Shown piece after piece: positions 18,799 to 28,246 of a stretch of DNA of 64,000 nt. The stretch comes from Candidatus Parcubacteria bacterium. GTDB taxonomy: Bacteria > Patescibacteriota > Minisyncoccia > UBA6257 > 2-01-FULL-56-20. The notes below the pieces were generated by a model that saw only the letters and a program-made list of their open reading frames with translations, did no database searches and had not been told where the DNA came from. The first letter of the stretch is position 1, and each line of letters starts with the position of its first letter. The translations under genes were made by a program, and so were the position numbers. The stretch is taken from NCBI GenBank assembly GCA_027324805.1, contig DAHVRZ010000001.1, forward strand, positions 2,945-66,944, read 5' to 3'.

Positions 18799-19806
18799 TT
18801 ACAGGTCTTCCGGATCGAGGATCACCCTGAGCTGGTTCAGATATGGATCAAGGATATCCCCCGAGATCACCGCGGCGATCCTGCTGCCGTCACTGTTCGC
18901 GGGAATCTTTTTCAAAAGATCGTCCGGCATCTCTTCGATGAACCGGTCGGCCCCTACTATGACCGCACCGGTACTCAGTCCGACCTTGAGGCCGTACCGA
19001 AGCGCCTGGACGGTCTTTTGATACGGCCGGTAACGGGACACTTTGACATGGTGCGTTCCCGCTTTCCAGTCGAACAATATCTGATCCGGTCCAAGCCTCT
19101 TCTCCGAACGAACCGCGGGGATCGGCTCATCGTCCTCGGTCATCACTCCGACCACGAGAGTCTCGGGGGAATGCTCTTTGCAATACTCCCGTGCGCCAAG
19201 CAAGGTTCCCGTCGTTCCCATAGAGGCAACGATTAGTCCTATTTTCATACCCACCGCTTCCGCCTGTTCGAAGATCTGGCCGATGGTGATGTCGCGGTGC
19301 GCCTGCCAGTTCACATCGTCTCCATATTGGTCGAATACGATATGATATTCCTTCTTCCCCATCTCACGGGCAAGTTGGACGCCGGTCTTTTGTCCGGCGA
19401 TCTTCCTGGTCAACACCAATTCTCCGCCGTCATCTCCGATGACCCTCCTGATCAAGACCTGCTTCTCAATAGGGGTATCTTCGGGCATGAACACGATGAT
19501 CTTCACGCCATAGGCCCGTGCAGTGGCGGCGCCCGCCAGTCCTCCACCGCCCGACGAGTTCATCACCACCGTAGTGTCCTTGGTAAAGACTCCCTCTTTT
19601 GCCCGCTCGGCGAACCATCGATAGGTGGGGACTATCTTAAAGGTGTGAAGCGCCGATTCGGGGCCCATCATCTTCAAGAGCATCCGAACCTTCTTCGTTG
19701 GGTTGCCCGCCAGTGCATAAGGAAGCTCAACACAGGACGTGGGTTCGTGCTGTGCCATGTCCAGATAGTTCTTTGTTGCATCCGGACCGATAAAGATGTT
19801 CTTCAT
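18799..19806 (-). CDS. Fold-type II PLP enzyme, cysteine synthase (CysK/CysM)-like, divergent
   Basis: Probable PLP Lys in HTFK, SSGGGG loop, FDQY, MGTTGT, GLSTGA; promoter TTGACA-N18-CAGAAT (19877-19848) and SD GAGAGG. Confidence 0.8.
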   Translation of the reverse strand: MKNIFIGPDATKNYLDMAQHEPTSCVELPYALAGNPTKKVRMLLKMMGPESALHTFKIVPTYRWFAERAKEGVFTKDTTVVMNSSGGGGLAGAATARAYGVKIIVFMPEDTPIEKQVLIRRVIGDDGGELVLTRKIAGQKTGVQLAREMGKKEYHIVFDQYGDDVNWQAHRDITIGQIFEQAEAVGMKIGLIVASMGTTGTLLGAREYCKEHSPETLVVGVMTEDDEPIPAVRSEKRLGPDQILFDWKAGTHHVKVSRYRPYQKTVQALRYGLKVGLSTGAVIVGADRFIEEMPDDLLKKIPANSDGSRIAAVISGDILDPYLNQLRVILDPEDL

Positions 19807-19888
19807 AATTATTACCTCTCTTTGAGTAGCCGGTTCGTACTAACCCCATTCTGCCCTCCGCGCCGTGGAATTGTCAATAATTTCCTGA

Positions 19889-20962
19889 TTATTGCTTCTT
19901 CCTCACGATGCAGAACGGCGTCATCTCATCGGACTGGCCGAGTGGATTATCGCGGAAAAGCTTGCCGATGAACTCTTCGGAAATGGCGCGCGACGACTTG
20001 CCGAGCGAAAAAGCGCCGCGGTAGTTCGCGTCCAAAATCACCGCCTCACATCCGAGCGTTTTTTTAATCCGCTTCGCGCTGCCGTTCGAATCGTTCGGCG
20101 CGAGCTTCACGGAATGCGCGTATTCGAGGATGAGGAACGACATGGGGCAGTCCACCGACTTTGCGCGCTTGCCGCAGATGCGGTAGAACATGCCCTTGAT
20201 GCCGAATGGCCGCGTGACGGCCGACACTGCCGCAGCGAAGATGGCGCGCGGATATCCTGCTTCGCTTATAAAGGCTTCCATGGCAATCGATGTGCCGTGT
20301 CCGAAACCGCGAAACTGTTCCGTGCCATAGTAATTCCCTACGCGCCCTCCGAGGAAGCGTGCGAGCATTGAAGGCTTCACCATACTCATATCCACCACCC
20401 GGCCCTGCGTTATCGTGAGCGCTTTTTCGCTCACATAGAGGACGTCGCCCGGTTTCACATACGGCTTCACATATTCCTCGATGATCGGCAGGATATCCGT
20501 ATCCTTTGTTGTGATGACGCGCGTCTTCACCGGAAGGCGCTCATATACCACCCCGTCCACATCGATATCGATCTGCTTTCCCGGGTTCGGAGCGAAATCG
20601 CCGGAAGGCTTACGCTCCTTGAGCGCGACAGCGTCGTCTTCGAACGAAACTTTTTCTCCGCGGAACAATGCGAAAAGCTTTTCGGCCACACTCCAGATCA
20701 TTTCATGGCTTTGCCCGATCTTCGCGCGCGCCTTGAGTAGCTCCGTCGCCTCCATCCAGAGAATATGCGCCTCGTCGATCCTCGCGTGTGCGAACGATGC
20801 CTCTGCAACGATGGTCCCGGCCGCATCGTTCTTCCCGTTATCCGCAACCGCCCTCACTGCCGCACCGCCATCTTCGCGCGGCATATATACGATCGTAAGC
20901 CCCGTCCGCTCCTTCATATCCAAGTACGCCTGCGATTGCTCCGCTATTTTTGTGTGCGCCAT
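19889..20962 (-). CDS. CofE-like (F420-0:gamma-glutamyl ligase family) amide ligase with N-terminal extension
   Basis: LPVKTRVIT, GDVLYVSEKA..ITQGR, ILDAN, DNPLGQSDEMTP. Confidence 0.8.
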   Translation of the reverse strand: MAHTKIAEQSQAYLDMKERTGLTIVYMPREDGGAAVRAVADNGKNDAAGTIVAEASFAHARIDEAHILWMEATELLKARAKIGQSHEMIWSVAEKLFALFRGEKVSFEDDAVALKERKPSGDFAPNPGKQIDIDVDGVVYERLPVKTRVITTKDTDILPIIEEYVKPYVKPGDVLYVSEKALTITQGRVVDMSMVKPSMLARFLGGRVGNYYGTEQFRGFGHGTSIAMEAFISEAGYPRAIFAAAVSAVTRPFGIKGMFYRICGKRAKSVDCPMSFLILEYAHSVKLAPNDSNGSAKRIKKTLGCEAVILDANYRGAFSLGKSSRAISEEFIGKLFRDNPLGQSDEMTPFCIVRKKQ

Positions 20963-21020
20963 AATAGAGGCATCATATCACGCTCCCGCGGGTCACGCAT
21001 CTTTTTCCCGCCGTAAAACA

Positions 21021-21049
21021 TTGCTTTATTCTTTAAAATGTTTTATAAT
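21021..21049 (+). promoter_or_regulatory. Sigma70-type promoter of the panD-like gene
   Basis: TTGCTT-N17-TATAAT; SD GGAGG at 21088-21092. Confidence 0.7.
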
Positions 21050-21097
21050 TTCTCCAGTTGCTGCCCTTAAACACAGCGGCAAACAATGGAGGAGAAA

Positions 21098-21904
21098 ATG
21101 GGATTCTTTTATATGCCAGGAGAGATGTGCATGGCCGAATTCGTTCAGCCTCGCGTCACCGGTGCAGACCTCAACTACCAGGGATCGATCACCATCGATC
21201 GGGAAGCGCTCGATGTTTCGGGCCTGCTCCCCGGCCAGATGGTCTATATCGACAACGTAGTGCGCAGGGGTCCATCATGGCGCACTTACATCGTCCCCGG
21301 CGAACCCGGGAAAGGCGAAATCATCATGAACGGGCCGCCGGCCTATCACTTCAAAAAAGGCGATCCTGTCACGATCCGCGGAAGCGCCTTCATTCCCTTC
21401 GGGGATATGCCGAGCATGGCCCATGGCCATACGAAGGTATATTTCTCCCAGGGCGAAAGGGTGCCGAATCGCGTAAAGCGCCTGGAGCATATTCCAATCC
21501 CCGCCACACACTGGCGGCAGATGTGCATCAGCAAACTCCACCGTCTTGTGATCACGGGGACTTCCCCTGAAGGACCCGAAGAGCTTGTGGTGGACGGCGA
21601 CATCCTTGATGCCGCGGGATTTCCCCCGGGGATCGAGGTGCAGTTCACCAGCTTGCGCGACGGCGTCCTTCGCCGGACGTGCGTGCAGGCAGGCCCTCGC
21701 GGAACAGGTGCCGCCGAAATCCATGGATCCGGCGCGCAGTACATCGCAGCCGGAGTGAGAGTGGTCACACTTGCGGAAGTTTTGCTTCCTTACGAGGATG
21801 CCGCAAAAGTCCACGGACCCCAGGTCGCATTCTTCGACGAATCCCGGACCGACCGCAACATCATCCGAGAAGTGAAGATTGGATGGCGGCCAGCCTCCTC
21901 TTAA
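21098..21904 (+). CDS. Tandem two-domain aspartate decarboxylase (PanD)-like pyruvoyl enzyme
   Basis: Domain 1 VTGADLNYQG|SITID...TY...NG; domain 2 SKLHR...DILDAAG. Confidence 0.85.
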   Translation: MGFFYMPGEMCMAEFVQPRVTGADLNYQGSITIDREALDVSGLLPGQMVYIDNVVRRGPSWRTYIVPGEPGKGEIIMNGPPAYHFKKGDPVTIRGSAFIPFGDMPSMAHGHTKVYFSQGERVPNRVKRLEHIPIPATHWRQMCISKLHRLVITGTSPEGPEELVVDGDILDAAGFPPGIEVQFTSLRDGVLRRTCVQAGPRGTGAAEIHGSGAQYIAAGVRVVTLAEVLLPYEDAAKVHGPQVAFFDESRTDRNIIREVKIGWRPASS

Positions 21905-21931
21905 TACCGATTTATTCGGGTATGCAATCGG

Positions 21932-21960
21932 GCCCGCCATCATATTCCGGCGGGCTTTTT
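21932..21960 (+). terminator. Terminator
   Basis: GCCCGCC-N10-GGCGGGC followed by TTTTT. Confidence 0.7.
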
Positions 21961-22094
21961 CTTTTCACTATTCTCACCGTACAAAAATGCGGCCCACCGT
22001 CATTCCGGTGTGCCGCATTTCTTTTATCTAAAATATGCCGCGAATCCGCCATTGGACGGCGAGGGGTATTTCCCGCGGCAACCCGATTGCAGTA

Positions 22095-23144
22095 TCACTT
22101 TCGCGTCGCCGTCAATCCTCTCCTCTTCCGCTTGATATTACGCCCTGCAAGTACGGGATACACGTCGAGAAGTGCAATGAGGAGGCCGAGCGCGAGCGGA
22201 CCGAGAAGGATACCGAGGGGACCGAAGAACGATATCCCGCCGACCACGCTGAAAAGGACGAGAAGCGGATGGATATTCGCCTTACGACCGATGAGCCGCG
22301 GCCGGAGATAGTTTTCTATGAACAATCCGACAGCGCCGATCCATATAAACAGTCCGACCGCATCCGCATAGTGATGCCCGACCGCAAGCGCTATCATTCC
22401 GGGGACGACAACGAGGTACGTACCGAAAAGTGGAATGAAGGATGCAAACGCAGTGATGACGCCCCAGAAAATACCGCTCGGCAGGCCGAACATGAAAAAT
22501 CCGACGCCTCCCGCGATGCCGTAGAGCGCCGCGATGAAGAGGGATCCGCGGATGATGGAGCTCATAACAACGCGAAGACGCCCGATCAGATTCGCGGTAT
22601 CATTGCGCGAGAGCGGACTGCGCGCGATGATCGCTTCACGCAAACGCTCGCCGTCCCTCAAAAAATAAAAGAGCGCGAAGAATGAAAGGAGTACCGAGAA
22701 AAGCACGCCTGCAATGCTTGAAAAAAGCGACCCAACGCTTCCCACCACCCATCCGAAAAACTGCTGGAGATATGCATTGAGATCGGCCGCAAGCGCCGGG
22801 TTCGTCACGGACAGGCGCGCATCGAGATACTGCAGCACCGGAGACCCTTTCCCGGATGTGAGCGCGCCGTAAAGCGAGGACGCCTCGCCCACGAGTTGCC
22901 AGCCAATAAGCGCGAGCGGTGTAAGCACGATGAGGATCGTGAGGAGCACCACGAGGAGCGCCGCACCGTTCGCATCCTGCGGGATCTTTTTTACGAGCCA
23001 GTTATAGAGCGGCTGGAAAAGCACCGCGAAAGTGATGCCGAGCACGATAGCGTTCAATTCCGGAAGGAAAATGAGCGCGACAAGCACCGCGGCAAGGGCG
23101 ATCGCCGCCAGAAAAATATAACTTTCAATATTCTCCCGTTCCAT
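22095..23144 (-). CDS. AI-2E family transporter
   Basis: FYFLRDG, SFIPLFG, ENYLRPRLIG, GILLGP. Confidence 0.9.
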   Translation of the reverse strand: MERENIESYIFLAAIALAAVLVALIFLPELNAIVLGITFAVLFQPLYNWLVKKIPQDANGAALLVVLLTILIVLTPLALIGWQLVGEASSLYGALTSGKGSPVLQYLDARLSVTNPALAADLNAYLQQFFGWVVGSVGSLFSSIAGVLFSVLLSFFALFYFLRDGERLREAIIARSPLSRNDTANLIGRLRVVMSSIIRGSLFIAALYGIAGGVGFFMFGLPSGIFWGVITAFASFIPLFGTYLVVVPGMIALAVGHHYADAVGLFIWIGAVGLFIENYLRPRLIGRKANIHPLLVLFSVVGGISFFGPLGILLGPLALGLLIALLDVYPVLAGRNIKRKRRGLTATRK

Positions 23145-23149
23145 TAAAA

Positions 23150-23461
23150 TCAGCCGTGAAGCTTGCCTCCTTGCGACGCCGAACCATCGTCGCCAGCTCC
23201 ATCCTTCTTATGTATGTCGAACGGCGAACCACCGGCCCTCGCGCGCTTGCTGAAAAAGAACAGATAAAAGATCTCGAGGATGCCGAGCGTGTTTACGACA
23301 AGCAGGATAACGAACCACCATCTGCTTTCCTCGTGCGCGGCGCGCCAAAGCGCGAGACCTTTCCATACGAAGCTCCATACCACGATGGCAAGAAATGTAA
23401 GATTACCCGCCGTTCCCGCGAGTCCCGTCTGTCCCGACCAGAGATCGAGTAGTTGCTTCAT
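23150..23461 (-). CDS. Small membrane protein (DUF5652-like)
   Basis: WKGLALWRAA...WFVILLVVNTLGILEIFY. Confidence 0.8.
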   Translation of the reverse strand: MKQLLDLWSGQTGLAGTAGNLTFLAIVVWSFVWKGLALWRAAHEESRWWFVILLVVNTLGILEIFYLFFFSKRARAGGSPFDIHKKDGAGDDGSASQGGKLHG

Positions 23462-23550
23462 AGTTCCATTGTATCACATTCGATTTTGCATTCCGGGCAT
23501 ATTCCGTCCGCAGGCCGACATGCCTTTTTGTCTGGTATACTGAATCCGAT

Positions 23551-24831
23551 ATGAGATTCAGCCGCAAGACAAAAAAATTGCTCGGCATTGCCGGACCAGG
23601 GGTAATCACGGGGGCCGCGGACGATGACCCGTCGGGGATCGCCACCTACTCGCAGACCGGCGCGCAATTCGGCTACGGCCAGCTTTGGACGGCGGCGTTT
23701 CTACTCCCCTTCATGACAGCGGTGCAGGAAGCGGTTGCACGTATTGGTGCAGTGACGGGCAAGGGCGTCGCCGCGATCGTCAAACAGCATTATCGAAAGG
23801 AGGTACTTTGGGGTGTTATCGCGCTCGTTCTCGTTGCGAACACGATCAATATCGGCGCCGACCTCGGCGCGATGGCGGCGGCGGCACGGCTTGTCGTTCC
23901 CGGTATCCCCTTCGCCATATTCACACTTTTCTTTACCGTAGTCATTCTTCTTCTTGAGATATTCGTCTCCTACAAACGATACGCTCGCATTCTTAAATGG
24001 CTCGCCCTCGCCCTTCTCGCCTATGTTGCGACCGCGCTCATCGTCGCGGAACCCTGGGGTACGCTCCTTCGGGCAACGTTCGTACCGCATATTGATTTCA
24101 GTTTCGCGTTCCTCTTTATCATCACCGGCGTTTTCGGTACGACGATCTCTCCATATATGTTCTTCTGGGAAGCGTCCGAAGAGGTCGAGGAGGAGGAGGA
24201 GCGAAAAATGACCCGCAAGGATGCCCCGCCGCGTCTCACAAAAGGCTTCCTCCGCAAGCTCCGCCTCGACAACTTCGTGGGCATGCTTTCCTCCGAAGTC
24301 ACCACGTGGTGCATCATTGTCGTCGGCGCGACGGTGCTCAATGCCCACGGCGTCACCAATATCGCAACCTCGGCCGATGCTGCGCGCGCACTCGAACCTC
24401 TCGTTCGGACCTTTCCCAACGCAGGCTTCATCGCAAAACTGCTTTTCTCCATCGGCATCCTCGGACTCGGCTTCCTCGCCGTTCCCGTATTGTCCGCCTC
24501 CGCATCCTATGCGGTCGCCGAGGCGATGAACTGGCGCGAAGGGCTCAACCGGAAGTTCAAACGAGCGCACGGCTTTTACGGAGTGATCACCATTGCCACG
24601 CTCATCGGACTTATGATCAACTTCGTCGGCATCGACCCCGTGAAAGCGCTTGTCTTCACCGCCGTAGCAAACGGCGTTGCCGCCGTACCGCTTATTTTCG
24701 TCATCGGAAAGATCGCCGGCGACGGCCGGATTATGGGCGAACACAAGAGCGGATGGCTTTCGAATATCTTTGTGTGGGCAACCTTCATTATTATGGGCGC
24801 TGCAGCGATCGCCATGTTCGCCACGCTCTAA
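23551..24831 (+). CDS. NRAMP-family divalent metal transporter
   Basis: GPGVITGAADDDPSGIATYSQTGA, GTTISPYMFFW. Confidence 0.9.
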   Translation: MRFSRKTKKLLGIAGPGVITGAADDDPSGIATYSQTGAQFGYGQLWTAAFLLPFMTAVQEAVARIGAVTGKGVAAIVKQHYRKEVLWGVIALVLVANTINIGADLGAMAAAARLVVPGIPFAIFTLFFTVVILLLEIFVSYKRYARILKWLALALLAYVATALIVAEPWGTLLRATFVPHIDFSFAFLFIITGVFGTTISPYMFFWEASEEVEEEEERKMTRKDAPPRLTKGFLRKLRLDNFVGMLSSEVTTWCIIVVGATVLNAHGVTNIATSADAARALEPLVRTFPNAGFIAKLLFSIGILGLGFLAVPVLSASASYAVAEAMNWREGLNRKFKRAHGFYGVITIATLIGLMINFVGIDPVKALVFTAVANGVAAVPLIFVIGKIAGDGRIMGEHKSGWLSNIFVWATFIIMGAAAIAMFATL

Positions 24832-24854
24832 GCAAACCTTCCTTGCGGCACATA

Positions 24855-24883
24855 TTGACGCCGAAAAAAGAACGTCCTACTAT
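24855..24883 (+). promoter_or_regulatory. Sigma70 promoter of orphan gene
   Basis: TTGACG-N17-TACTAT. Confidence 0.7.
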
Positions 24884-24928
24884 GGAGTGCAGATTCACCG
24901 CAGTCCATCATCACGGGAGGATTCACAA

Positions 24929-25267
24929 GTGAACGTACAGCCCAGTAAACGCGGCAAGCAATTGCTTCCAACGTCCCTGTTCTCAACGCAGCATCTCGGC
25001 TTCCTCATGATGCTTCATGGGGAAATCAAAAAAGCGGCCTCGCCACAGGAAAAAGAGGTCGCCCAAAACCGCTATGTTTCACATCTCACGAACTCGCTTC
25101 GTGCCGCAACGACGCTGGAGGCTGTCAGGCAGCTGAATGGGCTTCCCTGTCCCAACGAGAAGCTGAAGCGCCAGCTCAAGAACAAGCTTTGCCAGCTGGA
25201 GCACGGCTTCGTGATGCCGCCACAATCGCAAGCCGCCCGCTCCCTCGCCGCGCAGTTCGCCTCCTGA
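24929..25267 (+). CDS. Hypothetical protein (orphan, SD-led, GTG start)
   Basis: GGGAGG 8 nt before GTG; own promoter and terminator. Confidence 0.65.
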   Translation: MNVQPSKRGKQLLPTSLFSTQHLGFLMMLHGEIKKAASPQEKEVAQNRYVSHLTNSLRAATTLEAVRQLNGLPCPNEKLKRQLKNKLCQLEHGFVMPPQSQAARSLAAQFAS

Positions 25268-25286
25268 CCTCCAATCATCCTATCCA

Positions 25287-25316
25287 AAAGGACCGAGTCC
25301 CCCACTCGGTCCTTTG
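25287..25316. terminator. Bidirectional terminator
   Basis: AAAGGACCGAGT-CCCC-ACTCGGTCCTTT. Confidence 0.75.
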
Positions 25317-25381
25317 CTCTATCTAGAGTATTGCGGGCCTTCCCAGCCTGTTATCAAGACCTTCCGTTTCCGCTAATGGCA

Positions 25382-26416
25382 CTACCAATCACCGAGAGGA
25401 TTCGGGCGTTCGAATTCCGACGATTCTGCCTGGGCAACGATGCGCTCCATCATTGTGAGCGCTTCGAGCGGGAACTTGCCGCTCGCCGTCTCATCGGAAA
25501 GCATGACGGCATCCGTACCGTCCCATACCGCATTCGCCACGTCGCTCACTTCGGCGCGCGACGGGCGCGGGCTGTTCACCATAGACATGAGCATCTGCGT
25601 CGCCGTGATGCTCCCTTTGCCATGCCAGCTTGCATGGCGGATGAGGTTCTTCTGGATGAACGGCAGACGCTCCGGAGCGATCTCAATGCCGAGGTCGCCG
25701 CGTGCGATCATGATCGCATCGGAAGCGAGAATGATCTCGTCGATATTCTTGAGTGCGAGCGCCGTTTCGATCTTTGCGACGATCTTCGCTTTCGGCCCGA
25801 CAAGCCTACGCAATTCGTGCACGTCCGCCGCCGTCTGCACGAACGAAATCGCGAACAGCTTCACGCCCTGCTTGAGCGCGAACTTCACATCCTTTATATC
25901 CTTGGCGGTAAGGCCGGAGTTAGAAAGTTTGGTGTCGGGAAGGTTCACCCCTTTGCGCGAATAGAGCCTGCCGCCGCGGACGACGCGCGCGGTAATGCGC
26001 CGGCCGGTAATGCGCGCAACAACAAGCTCCATATCCCCGTTCGCCAAATAAATGCGTTCACCCGGCTTCATATCCTTATGAAGCCGCGGACTGTCTATGA
26101 AAATAACGCGGCCCTCTTTGTCGGTATCGCTCTTCTGGGTCGAGAAGGCCACCGTGTCGCCCTCCGTAAGCATCCGTCCCTCCGCCGGCAATTCGCCGAC
26201 ACGGATGCGCGGGCCCTGGAGATCCTGCATGATCGCCACTTTGCGGCCCGTCTTACGCGCCGCAGTATTGATCCTTTTTTTATATTTGGCAAAGTTCTCT
26301 TCCGTGCAATGGGAAAAATTGACGCGCGCGATATCCATTCCAGCCTTCAGGAATTTTTCGATCGTCTCCTGTGAGTCCGAAACCGGCCCTATCGTGGCTA
26401 TTATTTTGGTGCGCAT
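25382..26416 (-). CDS. pyk: Pyruvate kinase lacking the C-terminal domain
   Basis: TKIIATIGP, RVNFSH, DLQGP, AKIET, MIARGDLG, ATQML, MLSDETA. Confidence 0.93.
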   Translation of the reverse strand: MRTKIIATIGPVSDSQETIEKFLKAGMDIARVNFSHCTEENFAKYKKRINTAARKTGRKVAIMQDLQGPRIRVGELPAEGRMLTEGDTVAFSTQKSDTDKEGRVIFIDSPRLHKDMKPGERIYLANGDMELVVARITGRRITARVVRGGRLYSRKGVNLPDTKLSNSGLTAKDIKDVKFALKQGVKLFAISFVQTAADVHELRRLVGPKAKIVAKIETALALKNIDEIILASDAIMIARGDLGIEIAPERLPFIQKNLIRHASWHGKGSITATQMLMSMVNSPRPSRAEVSDVANAVWDGTDAVMLSDETASGKFPLEALTMMERIVAQAESSEFERPNPLGDW

Positions 26417-26506
26417 GGGTCCTATTATATCACCGATCGGCTCTCGTGTCGCGGTCGTCATCGCCTCCAAAATCCGAATTTGATATTATGAATACAGGAG
26501 GGGACC

Positions 26507-26857
26507 ATGAAATTCCTGACCATGATACCCGAGCCGGACCGGTCGGCGGTGCGCCTGTGCGGCAATGAGTACGATATAACCCTGAAACAGATAGGAAACT
26601 CCCTGCAGATGAAGCGGGTGGAGATGCAGATCATCACCGGCGAGCATTGCATCAATCGCGTGAATCCCCGGCGGATCCCGTCATCCCTTGTTTCGCTCGG
26701 CACGGCGTGGGGAAACGAATTGTTCGAGTGTGTACAGGAGGCACTCATGCACAATCCCCGCATATTCGATCGGGCGGCCGCTTATGCCGTCGAATCATCC
26801 GCCTCCCCTTCCGAATCTCCCCTCGCGGTCACTCTTTTCGAGTACCGGGGCAGATGA
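26507..26857 (+). CDS. Hypothetical protein (orphan, SD-led)
   Basis: TATTAT -10 and CAGGAGGGG SD; terminator at about 26869-26901. Confidence 0.7.
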   Translation: MKFLTMIPEPDRSAVRLCGNEYDITLKQIGNSLQMKRVEMQIITGEHCINRVNPRRIPSSLVSLGTAWGNELFECVQEALMHNPRIFDRAAAYAVESSASPSESPLAVTLFEYRGR

Positions 26858-26929
26858 ACGCCATCCATGAACCGCGGCTTCCCCAGCGCGGTTCTTTTTT
26901 TGGAAGAGCTCATCGTTTATACTATGCGC

Positions 26930-28246
26930 ATGAACATAAAAACCATTCGCGCGCGGCAGATCCTTGATTCGCGCGGCAACCCAACCGTGGAGGCGGACGT
27001 TATTTTGGAAAACGGCGCAACGGGACGCGCGGCGGTCCCTTCCGGCGCTTCGACGGGCAGCCACGAGGCGATCGAACTTCGCGACGGCAATCCAAAACTC
27101 TACGGAGGGAAGGGCGTATTGAACGCGGTGGCGAACGCACAAAGCGAGATTGCGGCCGCGGTCACCGGCATGGATGCCGAGGATCAGAAAGCGCTCGACG
27201 AAAAGATGATCGCGCTCGACGGCACTCCGAACAAATCGCGGCTTGGCGCGAATGCGATCCTCGCGGTCTCGCTTGCATCCGCCAAAGCGGCGGCGGCGGC
27301 GAAGGGCGTCCCTTTTTTTGAGCACGTGAACGGACTCGGACGTGCGGCTGGCATCGCCGATGACGGCGGCGGCGCGACGCTTCCCGTGCCGATGATGAAC
27401 ATCATAAACGGCGGCAGGCACGCGGCCGGTTCGACCGATATCCAGGAATTCATGATCATTCCCGCCGGAGCGACGACATTCTCCGATGCGCTCCGCATGG
27501 GCACCGATATTTTCCATGCATTGAAGAAAGTGCTCGCGGGCAAGGGCTATGGCACGACGGTCGGCGACGAAGGCGGCTACGCGCCATCCGTAAAAGGAGG
27601 CAACGCCGAAGCGCTCGACCTTATCGGCGCAGCCGTATCCGCCGCAGGCTACACGCTCGGCACGGACGTCATGCTCGCGCTCGATGTTGCGGCATCGGAA
27701 CTCCGCGATCCTTCCTTTAATAACGGCGCCGGCGGCTATCGCCTTGCCACCGAAGACCGCTCGCTCTCGACCGACGAGATGATCGCCTGGCTCAAAGCGC
27801 TCGCAGAGAAATATCCGATCGCCTCCATCGAGGACGGCCTCGGCGAGGACGACTGGGCCGGATGGACCTCGATGACCGCCGCCATCCCACGACAGCTCGT
27901 CGGCGACGATCTCCTTGTTACGAATACCGAATTCCTTTCGCGCGCCATCGGCGAAAAGGCGGGCAACGCGATCCTCATCAAGCCGAACCAGATCGGCACG
28001 CTCACCGAAACGATCGCCGCGATAAAAATGGCGAAAGATGCGGGCTGGCGCACCATCATTTCTCACCGCTCCGGCGAAACGGAGGATGTGACGATCGCCC
28101 ACCTTGCCGTCGGGCTCGGCACGGGACAGATCAAGACCGGCTCGCTCTCGCGCACCGACCGCGTGGCGAAATACAACGAACTGCTCCGCATCGAAGAGAC
28201 TCTCGGCGCAAAAGCAACCTATCCCGGCAAGAAGATTTATGGATAA
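26930..28246 (+). CDS. eno: Enolase
   Basis: [37 protein letters not shown]. Confidence 0.97.
   Translation: MNIKTIRARQILDSRGNPTVEADVILENGATGRAAVPSGASTGSHEAIELRDGNPKLYGGKGVLNAVANAQSEIAAAVTGMDAEDQKALDEKMIALDGTPNKSRLGANAILAVSLASAKAAAAAKGVPFFEHVNGLGRAAGIADDGGGATLPVPMMNIINGGRHAAGSTDIQEFMIIPAGATTFSDALRMGTDIFHALKKVLAGKGYGTTVGDEGGYAPSVKGGNAEALDLIGAAVSAAGYTLGTDVMLALDVAASELRDPSFNNGAGGYRLATEDRSLSTDEMIAWLKALAEKYPIASIEDGLGEDDWAGWTSMTAAIPRQLVGDDLLVTNTEFLSRAIGEKAGNAILIKPNQIGTLTETIAAIKMAKDAGWRTIISHRSGETEDVTIAHLAVGLGTGQIKTGSLSRTDRVAKYNELLRIEETLGAKATYPGKKIYG

Noticed and set aside
21098..21904. Calling the gene canonical panD or a pseudogene
   Set aside because: The Arg54 equivalent is absent from both domains, which argues against canonical panD. 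The frame is intact with complementary residue retention and strong expression signals, which argues against a pseudogene.
14992..25280. 15/16 match TGACCTCCAAT(A/C)ATCC downstream of two orphan genes
   Set aside because: Opposite orientation relative to the genes, only two copies, and plausible by chance at this length.
28104..28238. Track start for the second gpmI
   Set aside because: It lies inside eno; homology begins at ATG 28239.
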